Assembly (NCBI GenBank): GCA_963422365.1 | Contig: OY729426.1 | Coordinates: 32,001-96,000, forward strand | Length of the DNA stretch: 64,000 nt | Reading direction: 5' to 3' | Source of the DNA: Nitrospirales bacterium | Lineage (GTDB): Bacteria > Nitrospirota > Nitrospiria > Nitrospirales > UBA8639 | In this document: positions 31,011-42,798 of the stretch, one piece after another | Layout: each line of letters begins with the position of its first letter | How positions within the stretch are numbered: the first letter of the stretch is position 1 | Translations under genes and position numbers: made by a program | Notes under the pieces: generated by a model | Databases searched by the model: none | What the model was told of the DNA's origin: nothing | What the model saw: only the letters and a program-made list of their open reading frames with translations

Positions 31011-31238
31011 CTACGCCTCTTCCTCAGACACTTCCCTGATACGATACGCTAAAGAACCCAGCCACTCATCGAACGCCACGTCTGCATCAACGACAATTTC
31101 CAACTTGCCGTTTGATAATTTTCGCACAATCCCCGGAGACTCGGCCCCTAATGGAATTTCCACCCACTCGCGAGAAATTCCCAACCCGTCCGTTAATTCC
31201 AGGATTTGAGTAATTTGTGAAAAAGAAACGGCTTTCAT
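31011..31238 (-). CDS. Hypothetical protein (75 aa)
   Basis: GAGGA upstream; tightly follows ltaE. Confidence 0.65.
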   Translation of the reverse strand: MKAVSFSQITQILELTDGLGISREWVEIPLGAESPGIVRKLSNGKLEIVVDADVAFDEWLGSLAYRIREVSEEEA

Positions 31239-31255
31239 CAGATGCGATACAATCC

Positions 31256-32284
31256 TCAGGTTGCCAACACGTTACCGATATTGTGCGTCGCCTGTTCAAC
31301 ATCCGTATTCGATACATTCAAATGTGTGACCGCACGAAACAGATGAGCGCCGATGGCATTCAATAACACCCCACCTTCTTTAAACGCTTGCACTAATTCT
31401 TGAGTCGAGCGATCGTTTCGAACGACCTCAAACAGGACGATATTGGTCTCGACGCGGTCAGGGTCCACATACACCGTTGGAATCTGTTGAAGCTGCAGCG
31501 CGAAACTTTTGGCATTATCGTGGTCTTCTTGAAGCCGGGTCATATGGTGCTCTAAGGCGTAGAGGCCTGCGGCAGCGAGAATACCGGCTTGCCGCATACC
31601 CCCACCAAACATTTTTCGCAGCCGTCGAAGCTTGGCAATCTTGTCTTTGGTTGATACGATCAATGACCCGACAGGAGCCCCCAACCCCTTCGACAAACAG
31701 AATGACACGGTATCGAACGGCTTCGCAAACTCGGCGGCAGCGACCCCGGAGGCCACCACCGCGTTGAATAATCGTGCGCCGTCCAAATGCAACGCAAGGC
31801 CTTGCTCTCCCGCCAACTTTGTGATCTCTCGGACCGTGGACAGAGGATAGACCGAGCCCCCTCCAAAATTATGCGTTTGTTCTAGGCACAATAAGGTCGT
31901 CGGTGGATTATGAACATCTTGAGGCCGAATTGCCGACAGAATACCCTCCGCCGTCAGCAGGCCACGATCCCCCTCGACACAGCATAATTGAACTTGCGAC
32001 AAGGCAGAGGCCGATCCACCTTCATAATGAATAATATGAGCTGTTCCTTCCACAAGCACTTCATCTCCCGGACGGGTATGGAGACGAAGGCACAGTTGAT
32101 TCGCCATCACCCCGGTGGGCACAAAAAGGGCCGAATCTTTCCCCAACAATCGAGCAGCCTTGGCTTCCAAGGCATTGACCGTTGGATCCTCGCCATATAC
32201 GTCATCTCCTACCTCAGCTTGAACCATGGCCTCTCTCATGCCTGGAGTCGGCTTGGTGACGGTATCGCTTCGTAGGTCAATCAT
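31256..32284 (-). CDS. ltaE: Low-specificity L-threonine aldolase
   Basis: [42 protein letters not shown]. Confidence 0.96.
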   Translation of the reverse strand: MIDLRSDTVTKPTPGMREAMVQAEVGDDVYGEDPTVNALEAKAARLLGKDSALFVPTGVMANQLCLRLHTRPGDEVLVEGTAHIIHYEGGSASALSQVQLCCVEGDRGLLTAEGILSAIRPQDVHNPPTTLLCLEQTHNFGGGSVYPLSTVREITKLAGEQGLALHLDGARLFNAVVASGVAAAEFAKPFDTVSFCLSKGLGAPVGSLIVSTKDKIAKLRRLRKMFGGGMRQAGILAAAGLYALEHHMTRLQEDHDNAKSFALQLQQIPTVYVDPDRVETNIVLFEVVRNDRSTQELVQAFKEGGVLLNAIGAHLFRAVTHLNVSNTDVEQATHNIGNVLAT

Positions 32285-32355
32285 CGTAGGGCCTCATTGG
32301 CAAACGAGCCATGCCATCGAGCACAACGTTCCTTGCTTTATTCTACGGCCGTCCC

Positions 32356-33009
32356 CTAATGGGAACAAGAAACCGTGCGCCCGATTTTCGATAAAACCAG
32401 TTGGATCTCTGTTGCAGAAACAGGTCCTTCACGAAGGATACGTGGCTCATCTACCACACTCAACAGGGTAGAAGGCTGATTTCCTGGAGACGATCCAGTA
32501 TCGAGAATCACGTCGACATGCTGGTCCAACGCTGCCTCCACCTCTTCGGCAGTCAAGCAAGGGACAGCCCCGGATCGATTGGCACTCGTTCCTGTTAACG
32601 GACCCGTGTGTTGTAATAAAGACCGCAAGAATGACGGCGCAGGTTCTCGAACCCCGATGGTGCCCGTCCCCGCTGTCAAAACAGGAGCGACCCAGGGTTG
32701 CGCCGAAAAAATCACGGTCAAAGGTCCAGGCCAAAATTCGTTCACCATCGTGTCGGCCCACGATGGAATGGAACTGGCCAAGGAATCGAGTTGGCTCCGT
32801 TCCCCAATCAGAACGAGAAGGGGTTTCCCTGAAGGCCGACTTTTAGCCCTGACAACACGGTCTAGAGCATGAGAAACCGAAACCAACGCAGCTAACGCAT
32901 ACGAGCTTTCCGTCCCAACCGCAAGAAGTCCGCCGCGACGAACGAGGTCCACAATCGGGCCAAAAAATGAAGGAGGGGGATCGGAAGGAACTGGAAGGAT
33001 CTTGGCCAT
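32356..33009 (-). CDS. tsaC: L-threonylcarbamoyladenylate synthase (Sua5/YrdC)
   Basis: TESSYAL, K.RPSGKPL, FWPGPLT, GTSANRSG. Confidence 0.92.
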   Translation of the reverse strand: MAKILPVPSDPPPSFFGPIVDLVRRGGLLAVGTESSYALAALVSVSHALDRVVRAKSRPSGKPLLVLIGERSQLDSLASSIPSWADTMVNEFWPGPLTVIFSAQPWVAPVLTAGTGTIGVREPAPSFLRSLLQHTGPLTGTSANRSGAVPCLTAEEVEAALDQHVDVILDTGSSPGNQPSTLLSVVDEPRILREGPVSATEIQLVLSKIGRTVSCSH

Positions 33010-33040
33010 GAGAGATGAGCTTTCACTCGACTGGAAGATT

Positions 33041-34309
33041 TTACGTCAACACTCGTTTGGCAATATCGGTTCGGAAATATTGCCCTTCAAACTTGATGTT
33101 TTTGCCAACTTCATAGGCACGATCATGCGCCGTTCTGAGGGAAGAACCCCAAGCGGTCACCCCTAACACCCGGCCACCAGCCGTCACGATGTCTTGGCCT
33201 TTCCAAGCCGTACCGGCATGAAAGACCGAGACGTGGTCCTGATCGGAAGAGTCAGGGAGCCCGGTAATCGGCAGGTGATGCCTGGACTGACCCGGATACC
33301 CCTCCGAAGCCAAGACCACACAAACCGCCGATTCCTCAGACCATTCGAGATGGACCTGGTCTAAACGATGTTCCACTACCGCTTCCAGGACCTCGGCGAG
33401 ATCTGTTTTCAACAAAGGCAACACCACTTGAGCCTCAGGGTCGCCAAACCTGGCATTAAATTCCAAGACATAGGGCGTCCCCTCTTTGACCATGAGTCCT
33501 GCATACAAGACCCCATAAAAAGGGCTTCCCACACGTGATAACCCTTCGATAGCAGGGTGCAACACGTTTCGCATAATTTCATCGCGTACAGCCAGCGCGG
33601 CCAACGGTGCCGGCGCGTAGGCACCCATGCCACCGGTATTGGGGCCGGTATCGCCTTCCCCCAAACGCTTATGATCCTGCACGGCCAACATAGGCACCAC
33701 GGTTTTCCCATCGGCAAAGGCCATCAAAGTGAACTCCTCCCCTTGAAGACATTCTTCGATAACCACGCGTTTGCCTGCCTTGCCAAAGGCTTGATGCTCG
33801 AGCAGATTGACCACCGCATCCTTGGCGTCCTGCATCGTCCCGGCAACCATTACGCCTTTCCCCTGCGCTAACCCATCCGCTTTGACCACGATGGGAAGCG
33901 AACACCGTTCTAGATATTTGAGTGCAGGCTGAGCACTCTCAAAAGTACACCCGTCCGCTGTGGGAATCTGTTGACGCATCATCAGATTCTTGGCAAACGC
34001 TTTACTCGATTCAATTTTCGCGGCGTTTTTGGTCGGACCAAAGACCTTGAGCTTGCTTTGTCGAAAAAGATCCGCGATGCCCAGCGCTAATGGCGCTTCA
34101 GGGCCTACCACGGTTAAATCGATGTCTTCCTCCTCAGCGAACTTTTTAAGGCCAGCCAAGTCTGTCGCCGAAATCGGCACACAAGTGGCCTGTTGGCTGA
34201 TTCCCGCATTCCCGGGAGCGCAATAGAGCTTGGTCACACGAGGACTCCAGGCGAGTTTCCAGACCAAGGCATGCTCACGCCCGCCACTGCCGATGACAAG
34301 GATCTTCAT
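33041..34309 (-). CDS. purD: Phosphoribosylamine--glycine ligase
   Basis: GSGGREHAL, KADGLAQGKGV, GPNTGGMGAY, EFNARFGDPE. Confidence 0.98.
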   Translation of the reverse strand: MKILVIGSGGREHALVWKLAWSPRVTKLYCAPGNAGISQQATCVPISATDLAGLKKFAEEEDIDLTVVGPEAPLALGIADLFRQSKLKVFGPTKNAAKIESSKAFAKNLMMRQQIPTADGCTFESAQPALKYLERCSLPIVVKADGLAQGKGVMVAGTMQDAKDAVVNLLEHQAFGKAGKRVVIEECLQGEEFTLMAFADGKTVVPMLAVQDHKRLGEGDTGPNTGGMGAYAPAPLAALAVRDEIMRNVLHPAIEGLSRVGSPFYGVLYAGLMVKEGTPYVLEFNARFGDPEAQVVLPLLKTDLAEVLEAVVEHRLDQVHLEWSEESAVCVVLASEGYPGQSRHHLPITGLPDSSDQDHVSVFHAGTAWKGQDIVTAGGRVLGVTAWGSSLRTAHDRAYEVGKNIKFEGQYFRTDIAKRVLT

Positions 34310-34336
34310 AAGTCTCTGACAATCGCGAAGAACGTC

Positions 34337-35893
34337 TTAATGCCGAAAATGCCGCATGCCCGTCATAATCATCGCCACATTCTGCTCATCGGCAGCCTTG
34401 ACAACCTCTTTGTCCCGGATACTGCCCCCTGGTTGGATCACCGCGGTCACGCCTGCCTGAACAGCCGCATCGAGTCCATCCCGGAACGGGAAAAAGGCGT
34501 CCGATGCCATGACGCAACCATTGAGTGGCAGATTGGCTTTCATCTTGGCCAATTTGACGGAATCGATACGACTCATCTGGCCGGCCCCGATTCCAACGGT
34601 CTGCGTGGTATTCGCAAACACAATAGCGTTGGACTTCACGTGTTTACACACCTTCCACGCAAAGGCACAGGCCGCGTATTCGGCATCCGTGGGTTTTCGT
34701 TTGGTCGGAACCGTTAAGGTTTTCAAATCCGTCAGAGCACCAAGATCGCGATCTTGTAAAATCAACCCACCGACAAGCTTTTTCAAATCATAGCCTTCGC
34801 GGGGATGGCGTTCGAGTGAACCGATCGTCAACAACCGTAAATCCTTTTTTCGTTGTAACTCAGCCAGTGCCTCGGCAGCAAATGCAGGAGCAATCAAGAC
34901 TTCGACAAACATGGCGGTCACTTCCTTCGCCATGGCCAGATCAACGGGTCGGTTACAGGCAATCACCCCTCCGAAGGCAGAGACCGGATCGGCTTCCCTA
35001 GCCTTCGTATAGGCTTCGATCAGGGTCGTACCAAGGGCGACCCCACACGGATTATTATGTTTGATGATGATCACGGCCATGTCGGCGAATTCTTTCGCCA
35101 ACTCCAAAGCCGAGTTGGCATCCAGATAATTGTTATAGGACATGGCCTTGCCATGAAGTTGGCAGCCCAGGGAAACCGACGGTTCCGTACTGCCGATTTC
35201 TCGATAAAACGCCCCTTCTTGATGAGGGTTTTCGCCGTATCGCAAAATTTCCGCTCGTTCATACGTCAACGATAATCGTGCCGGAAATTTGTCGGCTGTC
35301 CCACCGGCAGTCTGCTCAGCTAAATAATTGGCAATAAGGCCATCATACCGTGAGGTATGTTCAAACACTTTCTGAGCTAATTCCCGACGAAGCGATAAGG
35401 GGACTGCCCCGGACCCCAATGCCTCCAGCACACGACCATAGTCGCTCGGATCAACCACCACCACGACTTCTTCCTGATTCTTTGCAGCCGAACGAAGCAT
35501 GGCAGGACCCCCAATATCAATATATTCAATGGCATCCTCGAAGGTACATTCCGGTTTGGCGATAGTCGACTCAAACGGGTAGAGGTTGACGACCACCACG
35601 TCGATGGGCACAATCCCCTGTTGCTGCATTTGTCGGACATCATCAGGCCGACTACGCCGCCCCAACAACCCCCCGTGAATCTTGGGATGAAGGGTTTTGA
35701 CCCGCCCTCCCAGAATTTCTGGAGAACCGGTATGCGAAGAGACTTCCGTGACCGGCACTCCGGCCGTGCGTATTGCATTGGCCGTACCTCCTGTGGAAAG
35801 AATTGTGGCCCCAAGTTCGACCAGTCCCTTGGCAAACTCCACAACACCCGTCTTATCAGACACACTCATCAACGCATGGTTCAATTTGCCCAT
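34337..35893 (-). CDS. purH: Bifunctional AICAR transformylase / IMP cyclohydrolase
   Basis: [38 protein letters not shown]-terminal RHFRH. Confidence 0.98.
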   Translation of the reverse strand: MGKLNHALMSVSDKTGVVEFAKGLVELGATILSTGGTANAIRTAGVPVTEVSSHTGSPEILGGRVKTLHPKIHGGLLGRRSRPDDVRQMQQQGIVPIDVVVVNLYPFESTIAKPECTFEDAIEYIDIGGPAMLRSAAKNQEEVVVVVDPSDYGRVLEALGSGAVPLSLRRELAQKVFEHTSRYDGLIANYLAEQTAGGTADKFPARLSLTYERAEILRYGENPHQEGAFYREIGSTEPSVSLGCQLHGKAMSYNNYLDANSALELAKEFADMAVIIIKHNNPCGVALGTTLIEAYTKAREADPVSAFGGVIACNRPVDLAMAKEVTAMFVEVLIAPAFAAEALAELQRKKDLRLLTIGSLERHPREGYDLKKLVGGLILQDRDLGALTDLKTLTVPTKRKPTDAEYAACAFAWKVCKHVKSNAIVFANTTQTVGIGAGQMSRIDSVKLAKMKANLPLNGCVMASDAFFPFRDGLDAAVQAGVTAVIQPGGSIRDKEVVKAADEQNVAMIMTGMRHFRH

Positions 35894-36146
35894 TGTTCGC
35901 CCCTTGATGGTCAATTCAGTCAATGAAAGGAAAAGAGCATGTAAAGCCTACCAAATGCATCGTATCAGCATCAACGAAATGGCACCAGTGCCCCTGTCTC
36001 GGCGACATCCCTGCTTGGAGGCAGAAACGGGCATTATGGCATAGACCCTGATCTTGCTATGATGCACACCGGCGCAACGCCGGAACGAAACGATTCAAAT
36101 GAAGCAATGCGGAAAAGCCAAACACGGCGCCGACAAAGGAACGCTC

Positions 36147-38024
36147 ATGAGCACGAAGCCATCCCCATCCTGGGCTCTAGACCTAGGGGCCAGACTGACC
36201 TCACCAACAACCGTACATTTCAAAGTCTGGGCTCCCACGGCTGAAGCCATGAGCGTGAAAATTCATGCAGCAACTCCTCGAAACATTCCGTTGGCGCCGA
36301 CTCGGCACGGGTATTGGGAGGGAACCGTATCAGAGGCCTCGGCACATGCTCCCTACTCCTATGTGATTAACCAGAACCTGGAACGCCCGGACCCGGTCTC
36401 CCGGTTCCAACCCGACGGTGTGCATGGTCCATCCGTGGTGATCGATCCATTCGAGTTTACCTGGACCGATCACCATTGGAAGGGACTGCCGCTCGAACGG
36501 TTTATTATGTATGAACTCCACGTTGGCACCTTTACGCCGGAAGGAACCTTTGACGCGATCATCGACAAACTTCACTATCTTCGCGATACCGTCGGCGTCA
36601 CGGCCCTCGAATTGATGCCCGTTGCCCAATACCCTGGCGTTCGCAATTGGGGTTATGACGGGGCCTACCTCTTTGCTCCACAAACCAGTTATGGAGGGCC
36701 CGAGGGACTCAAGCGCTTGGTCAATGCCTGCCATACACAAGGCCTAGCCGTGATTCTGGACGTCGTGTACAATCATCTCGGACCGGAAGGCAATTACCTA
36801 GGAGACTACGGCCCTTACTTCACCCATCGCTATCCGACTCCTTGGGGACAAGCCATCAATTACGATGGGCCAGACAGTGATCCCGTTCGACATTTTATCA
36901 TCAGCAATGCCTTGTACTGGATCACCGAATTTCACATCGACGCGCTTCGACTCGATGCCATCCACGGGATATTCGATTTCAGCGCCAACCATATCCTGCA
37001 AGAGTTGGCGGAAGCGGTTCATACGCAGGCAGCGCAAGCAGGGCGAGCCGTTCATGTGATCGCGGAAAGCGACCGGAACGACGCACGGGTCATCACCCCG
37101 ATCACTCAAGGAGGATACGGGCTGGATGGCCAATGGAGCGACGACTTTCATCATGCCCTCCACTGTTTGTTGACCGGGGAAAAAAACGGGTATTACAAAG
37201 ACTTCGGGGACCTTGAACAGCTGGCAACGGCAATCACGGACCGATGTGGTTACTCAGGTCAATACTCGGCTGACAGAAACCATCGTCACGGCAATTTCGC
37301 TCGACACGCTGGCTCTTCTCAATTCGTCATTTTTTCACAGAATCACGATCAAGTCGGCAATCGAGCGCATGGCGATCGACTCTCGACCCTCGTGCCCTTT
37401 GCGGCGCTCAAGCTCGCGGCCGCCGCCGTTCTGCTTTCCCCAAACCTCCCGCTATTATTCATGGGCGAAGAATACGGAGAGACGGCACCGTTTCTCTATT
37501 TTATTGATCATGGGGATCCCGAACTTGTCGAAGCCGTGCGGGAAGGCCGTCAAGCAGAATTTGTCTCCTTCGGGTGGTCTGACGTGCCGGATCCACAGGC
37601 GCCGTCAACCTTCATGCGTTCACATTTACAATGGGATGGGCCACACACAGAAAAATCGCCATCTTTACTGCGGTGGTACCAAACACTCGCGCAATTGAGA
37701 AAATCAGTGCCGGCCCTGGGCCCGGCGCACGAAGCAGACATACTCAACATCCGGTCCGACCGAACGGCGAAGGTGCTCACGATCTATCGAACAGGCCGGT
37801 CGGGTCCGGAGGCGTTGATCATTCTGAGCCTCAACCCGAACACGACAAGTATTTCGTTGAATCAACCGGAAGGTCAATGGGCACTGCGACTCGATTCAGA
37901 CTCGCCGGCATTCGCTGGGAAGCAGGAAATTCTTGCTTTAAATAATCTGACTGTCCCCCATGAAGCACTCTTGCTTCCACTTCCGTCCTACGCTGTCTTG
38001 GTGTATACCAAGCAACCGGGATGA
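36147..38024 (+). CDS. treZ: Malto-oligosyltrehalose trehalohydrolase
   Basis: YELHVGTFTPEGTF, WGYDG, DVVYNHLGPEGNY, QNHDQVGNR, LFMGEEYG. Confidence 0.95.
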   Translation: MSTKPSPSWALDLGARLTSPTTVHFKVWAPTAEAMSVKIHAATPRNIPLAPTRHGYWEGTVSEASAHAPYSYVINQNLERPDPVSRFQPDGVHGPSVVIDPFEFTWTDHHWKGLPLERFIMYELHVGTFTPEGTFDAIIDKLHYLRDTVGVTALELMPVAQYPGVRNWGYDGAYLFAPQTSYGGPEGLKRLVNACHTQGLAVILDVVYNHLGPEGNYLGDYGPYFTHRYPTPWGQAINYDGPDSDPVRHFIISNALYWITEFHIDALRLDAIHGIFDFSANHILQELAEAVHTQAAQAGRAVHVIAESDRNDARVITPITQGGYGLDGQWSDDFHHALHCLLTGEKNGYYKDFGDLEQLATAITDRCGYSGQYSADRNHRHGNFARHAGSSQFVIFSQNHDQVGNRAHGDRLSTLVPFAALKLAAAAVLLSPNLPLLFMGEEYGETAPFLYFIDHGDPELVEAVREGRQAEFVSFGWSDVPDPQAPSTFMRSHLQWDGPHTEKSPSLLRWYQTLAQLRKSVPALGPAHEADILNIRSDRTAKVLTIYRTGRSGPEALIILSLNPNTTSISLNQPEGQWALRLDSDSPAFAGKQEILALNNLTVPHEALLLPLPSYAVLVYTKQPG

Positions 38025-38194
38025 TAAAGCGGCACCGCTCCTTCCCCTGCCGTGAATACCTGAGGCAACAGGTACGCCATCCCGAAACTCGGTTCCATTC
38101 GTCTTTCAATCGCCTCGGGGTGTACGGATACGACAGATTCGTTATATACTCTTAGAAAAGAGGAACGACTCACTACGGCTAAGGGTGTTGCCCA

Positions 38195-38494
38195 ATGCCA
38201 TTTACATTCATTGCGACCCTCATTATCGTTTTTTTTACCGTTGCCTTTTCTCTTCAGAATAACCAAACGGTTTCCATTCAGTTTTTCGGGTGGACGTTTG
38301 AAGGGTCACTCGTCTTGGTTTTACTCACCACCCTTTGCCTAGGCATCGTCATTCATATCTTGGCTTCTATGCCGTCTCGCATTCGGAAGTCACGGGAAAT
38401 TGCGGAACTCAACAAACGGATGATGGAACTGGAAGAGACGCAAACACCCGAGGGTTCACCTCTACAGCGTCAACATACACTGTATCCTGACTGA
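38195..38494 (+). CDS. LapA / DUF1049 family small membrane protein
   Basis: 'FSLQNNQTVSIQFFGW' plus a second TM and a coiled-coil tail. Confidence 0.8.
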   Translation: MPFTFIATLIIVFFTVAFSLQNNQTVSIQFFGWTFEGSLVLVLLTTLCLGIVIHILASMPSRIRKSREIAELNKRMMELEETQTPEGSPLQRQHTLYPD

Positions 38495-38525
38495 CCCCTG
38501 TAAGAAGGAACCGATAACATCGACT

Positions 38526-39812
38526 ATGGTTGAACAAATGCACCAACGTGTGCTGGCGATGATCATGGCCGGCGGCAAGGGCGAACGCCTGATGCCGCTG
38601 ACCGAACATCGCAGTAAACCGTCGGTCCCGTTTGCGGGCACCTACCGCATCGCCGATTTCGTTTTGAGCAATTTTCTCAACTCCGGTGTCCTCGCCATGT
38701 ATGTCTTGGTCCAATACCGGTCTCAATCGCTCATTGAACATCTTCGCCGGGCTTGGCGGACTGGCGGCCCGAATCGGCACACCTTCATGACGGTTGTCCC
38801 TCCTCAGATGAAGGGCCGTGGGAAATGGTATGAAGGCACAGCGGATGCGGTGTATCAGAACCTGAATATCGTACAAGACTTCGCACCCGATCTCGTGGCA
38901 GTGTTTGGCGCCGATCACATTTACCGCATGGACCTCAGGCAAATGATCCAATTCCATTTGGACCACCAAGCAGAGGTGACCGTGGCTGCACTGCCCGTCC
39001 CCATCCAATCGGCCAAAGGGTTTGGGATTATTCAATCGGAGGCCGAACAGCGAATCATCGGGTTTGAGGAAAAACCTAAAAACCCGAAGCCCATGCCCGG
39101 CAATCCACAAATGGCGTTCTCGTCAATGGGCAATTATCTCTTCAATGTGGATGTCCTGATGAAAGCGCTGAAACTCGATGCGAAGGAGACTGGCTCTCAT
39201 GATTTTGGCCGAGACATCATTCCTGCCCTCATCAAACCATACAAGGTCATGGCTTATAACTTCTTAGACAACGTCGTCCCAGGGATTCACCCCTATGAAG
39301 AATGGGGGTATTGGCGTGATGTCGGCACCCTGGAGGCCTACTGGCGTGCGAATATGGACATTTTGGGTGAACACCCGGTGTTTGACCTTCGCAACGTCAA
39401 TTGGCCTATTATGACGGATGCGTCAGGTGAACCCACAGCCAGTATCGTGCGATCCCAGTTAGATGACACCATGGTGGGCCAAGGGAGTTTAGTCGTGGAT
39501 GCTCGTATTCGACGATCCGTTATTGGCCGCAATGTCAGGATCGGCGAAGGAGCGGAAATCGACGAATCCGTCATTTTGGATGGCACCGTGGTCGGCTCAC
39601 AAGCCAGGCTCAAGGGGGTCATCTCCGATCGGTTTAACCTGATACCGCACGGAACGGTCCTCGGGTATGAGCATATAAAAGATCATGGTCTGCGATATAC
39701 GGTTGATAAGTCGGGACTCATCGTCCTTCCACGAGGACGTTCCTACGGCGGTCGGGCCGTCCCTCCCGCAACCCATAGCGAACCGACCGTCCCCAACCCG
39801 CCCCCATTATGA
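38526..39812 (+). CDS. glgC: Glucose-1-phosphate adenylyltransferase
   Basis: MAGGKGERLMPLT..RSKPSVPF, WYEGTADAVYQN, DHIYRMD, YWRDVGT. Confidence 0.96.
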   Translation: MVEQMHQRVLAMIMAGGKGERLMPLTEHRSKPSVPFAGTYRIADFVLSNFLNSGVLAMYVLVQYRSQSLIEHLRRAWRTGGPNRHTFMTVVPPQMKGRGKWYEGTADAVYQNLNIVQDFAPDLVAVFGADHIYRMDLRQMIQFHLDHQAEVTVAALPVPIQSAKGFGIIQSEAEQRIIGFEEKPKNPKPMPGNPQMAFSSMGNYLFNVDVLMKALKLDAKETGSHDFGRDIIPALIKPYKVMAYNFLDNVVPGIHPYEEWGYWRDVGTLEAYWRANMDILGEHPVFDLRNVNWPIMTDASGEPTASIVRSQLDDTMVGQGSLVVDARIRRSVIGRNVRIGEGAEIDESVILDGTVVGSQARLKGVISDRFNLIPHGTVLGYEHIKDHGLRYTVDKSGLIVLPRGRSYGGRAVPPATHSEPTVPNPPPL

Positions 39813-39900
39813 ATGCCCTGAGCCTCGACAAGCTAAACAACATTTGAGGTTGTTCCTAAATTGTTTCCTGAAGAACATTTCCTGGAGAAAGGCCATCCTG

Positions 39901-42798
39901 ATGCAGGGTTCTCGTTTTCCCCTTTCGACGTACCGACTCCAATTCAACCGGCATTTTACGTTCGCATATGCCGCCACGATGATTCCCTATTTAGCCGACC
40001 TCGGCATTTCGGATTGTTACGCCTCACCCTATCTGCAAGCCTGTCCCGGCAGCCTCCATGGATACGACATCGTGGACCCGACGAAGTTGAACGCTGAAAT
40101 CGGATCAGCCGCCGACTATCAAACCTTTGTCGATGCCTTACACGTTCACCAGATGGGGCAAATTCTTGATATCGTCCCCAATCATATGAACATCACGGGA
40201 TCCTGGAACCCTTGGTGGCAAGACGTGCTCGAAAACGGCCCAGGCTCCCGCTACGCGCATTTCTTTGATATCAACTGGGTCCCGGTCAAGCGTGAATTGA
40301 AGGGAAAAGTCTTACTCCCCATCTTGGAGGATCAATACGGCCTGGTGTTGGAAAACGGCGAAATCACCCTGTGCTACCAGGAAGGTCGGTTTTTTATTCG
40401 CTATTACGAGCATCAGTTGCCCATTGATCCGAGTGACTATGGGCTGATTCTCAAGCATCACTTGGACCCTCTGCTTGAACGGGAGAACGCAGAAACCCAT
40501 CCTGTTCAAGAACTGCAACGCATCATTACGGCGTTCTTGACTTTGCCTAGCCGAAACGATCCGGACCCTGAACGAATCACCATCCGATATCGGGAACAAG
40601 AAACCCTCAAACAGTGCCTGGCCGCGCTCACCGACGACTACCCACCCATAAAGGACTTCGTACAGGAAACCCTTCGGGCTTTTAACGGTACCAAAGGAGA
40701 CCCGCAAGGTTTCAACCTGCTGGATTTTCTCCTTCAAGACCAAGCGTATCGATTGGCATTTTGGCGTGTGGCTGGAGAAGAAATTAACTACCGTCGTTTT
40801 TTTGACATTAACGAACTCGCAGCCATTCGGATTGAAGATCCCGCCGTGTTTCAGCACGTCCACCAATCCATTTTCTCCCTGATTCAATCGGCGGCGGTGC
40901 ATGGTCTGCGGGTCGACCACGTCGATGGTCTCTACGAACCCAAACGATACCTCGAACATTGGCAGGAATGGGCACAACAGGAACTCGGGTTGCCGGCCGA
41001 CACCAAAGGCCGGGCGCTCTATCTCGTGGTCGAAAAAATTTTAGGAAAAGGGGAGCGCCTCTCTGAGGATTGGCCCGTTCACGGCACCACCGGGTACGAA
41101 TTTCTTCACCTACTCAACGCTCTGTTTGTGGATTCTCATAACAAACGAGCCATGGACGCCTTTTATACGAAATTTGCGAGAGATGCGACCACCTTTGAAA
41201 CCCTGGCCTACGAATGCAAAAACTTGATCATGGATACCTCCATGTCGAGTGAGTTAAATACCCTCGGACATCAATTGAATCTTGTATCGGAACAACATCG
41301 CCATTCCCGTGACTTCACCCTGAACAGCCTCACCCATGCCGTCAAAGAAATCATCGCATGTTTCCCCGTTTATCGCACCTACGTGTCTCCACACGGGCAC
41401 GAAGGCATTAACGACCGAGATCGAGCCTATCTGCGGTTGGCGGTGATTCAAGCAAAACGCAGAAATCCTGCGACCAACAGCCAAGTTTTTGATTTTGTCC
41501 AGGACTTCTTTCTCGGGACTCAGGCCAGTCACAGGACGCTTTCCTGGGAAGACGTTCAACCGTTCGTCATGAAATTTCAGCAGACGACCAGCCCTGTGAT
41601 GGCTAAGGGCCTTGAAGATACCGCCTTTTACCTCTATAACCGTTTGATCTCCCTCAATGAAGTAGGCGGAGAGCCCACGCAATTCGGCATCCCCGTTGCC
41701 ACGTTCCATGAACGAATGCGAGAGCGTCAACAACAGTGGCCCCTGAGCCTTTCTGCAACTTCGACTCACGATACCAAACGGAGTCAGGACGTCCGAGCGC
41801 GCATCACTGTTCTATCGGAGTTTCCACAGGAATGGAAAGCGCATGTCAGACGATGGCACCGGCTCAACAAAAACAAAAAACGGCGACTTGACGGCCAAGA
41901 CGTTCCCTCCCGCAATGAAGAATATCTCCTCTACCAGACATTGCTGGGAGCTTGGCCTTTTGCCAGCCTCGACTCCCCCACGTACCAAGATTTCCGCCAA
42001 CGCATTCAGGAGTACATGCTCAAAGCCCTCAAAGAAGCCAAAGTGCATACCAGTTGGATCAATCCACACGATGCCTATGAGCAAGCCGTGGGCCAGTTCA
42101 TTCAGAAACTACTGGAACCTGACCCCTCCAACCAATTTTTAGAATCATTTCTACCCTTTCAGAACACCGTTGCCCGCTATGGAATGTATAATGCTTTATC
42201 GCAAGTGGTCTTGAAAATTGGGTGCCCCGGCATTCCTGATTTTTATCAAGGATCTGAGATCTGGGACTTGACGCTGGTGGATCCAGACAATCGGCGGCCA
42301 GTTGATTATGCACATTTACAAGACCTGTCCAAGGCCATACCATCCGATTGGTCTGAGATTACCGAACCGTTTCTGCAAAACCTTCTAGAATCCTATGAAG
42401 ATGGACGCATTAAATTCTACGTCACCCGTACATTACTCAACTATCGCAAAGCCCACCCTGAGCTTTTTCTACGGGGAGCCTACGACCCCCTTGAAACAAA
42501 CGGCAAAAAACGTCGCTATCTTTGTGCATTTCAACGAACGTGGAAAACTCAAGCGGTGGTCGTGGTCGTACCACGGCTCATCCATGGTATTATTCCAGAT
42601 CCCAATACCCCGGCACTTGGCCACGCCGTGTGGGGAAATACCGGGGTGATACTCCCAAGCAACAGCCAGACCACCCAATACCGAAATGTACTCACAAACC
42701 AACGGATCTTGACACAGACCCGGGCGGCTGACACCATGTTGAGAGTTTCAGAAATTTTTCAACAGCTGCCTATAGCCATAATGGAGCGATTATCATGA
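39901..42798 (+). CDS. treY: Malto-oligosyltrehalose synthase
   Basis: STYRLQF, DIVPNHM, INYRRFFDIN, GLRVDHVDGL, STHDTKRS, LVDPDNRRPVD. Confidence 0.96.
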   Translation: MQGSRFPLSTYRLQFNRHFTFAYAATMIPYLADLGISDCYASPYLQACPGSLHGYDIVDPTKLNAEIGSAADYQTFVDALHVHQMGQILDIVPNHMNITGSWNPWWQDVLENGPGSRYAHFFDINWVPVKRELKGKVLLPILEDQYGLVLENGEITLCYQEGRFFIRYYEHQLPIDPSDYGLILKHHLDPLLERENAETHPVQELQRIITAFLTLPSRNDPDPERITIRYREQETLKQCLAALTDDYPPIKDFVQETLRAFNGTKGDPQGFNLLDFLLQDQAYRLAFWRVAGEEINYRRFFDINELAAIRIEDPAVFQHVHQSIFSLIQSAAVHGLRVDHVDGLYEPKRYLEHWQEWAQQELGLPADTKGRALYLVVEKILGKGERLSEDWPVHGTTGYEFLHLLNALFVDSHNKRAMDAFYTKFARDATTFETLAYECKNLIMDTSMSSELNTLGHQLNLVSEQHRHSRDFTLNSLTHAVKEIIACFPVYRTYVSPHGHEGINDRDRAYLRLAVIQAKRRNPATNSQVFDFVQDFFLGTQASHRTLSWEDVQPFVMKFQQTTSPVMAKGLEDTAFYLYNRLISLNEVGGEPTQFGIPVATFHERMRERQQQWPLSLSATSTHDTKRSQDVRARITVLSEFPQEWKAHVRRWHRLNKNKKRRLDGQDVPSRNEEYLLYQTLLGAWPFASLDSPTYQDFRQRIQEYMLKALKEAKVHTSWINPHDAYEQAVGQFIQKLLEPDPSNQFLESFLPFQNTVARYGMYNALSQVVLKIGCPGIPDFYQGSEIWDLTLVDPDNRRPVDYAHLQDLSKAIPSDWSEITEPFLQNLLESYEDGRIKFYVTRTLLNYRKAHPELFLRGAYDPLETNGKKRRYLCAFQRTWKTQAVVVVVPRLIHGIIPDPNTPALGHAVWGNTGVILPSNSQTTQYRNVLTNQRILTQTRAADTMLRVSEIFQQLPIAIMERLS

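Noticed and set aside
35980..36025. Possible extra copy of the hairpin element (cggcgacatc)
   Set aside because: Only ~10 nt match and no intact stem; could be chance.
39685..39900. N-terminal extensions in the ORF track (treY; likewise comM 28432, 26669, 49686, 57003)
   Set aside because: Most overlap neighbouring genes or promoter regions; family motifs and RBSs point to the downstream starts used here.
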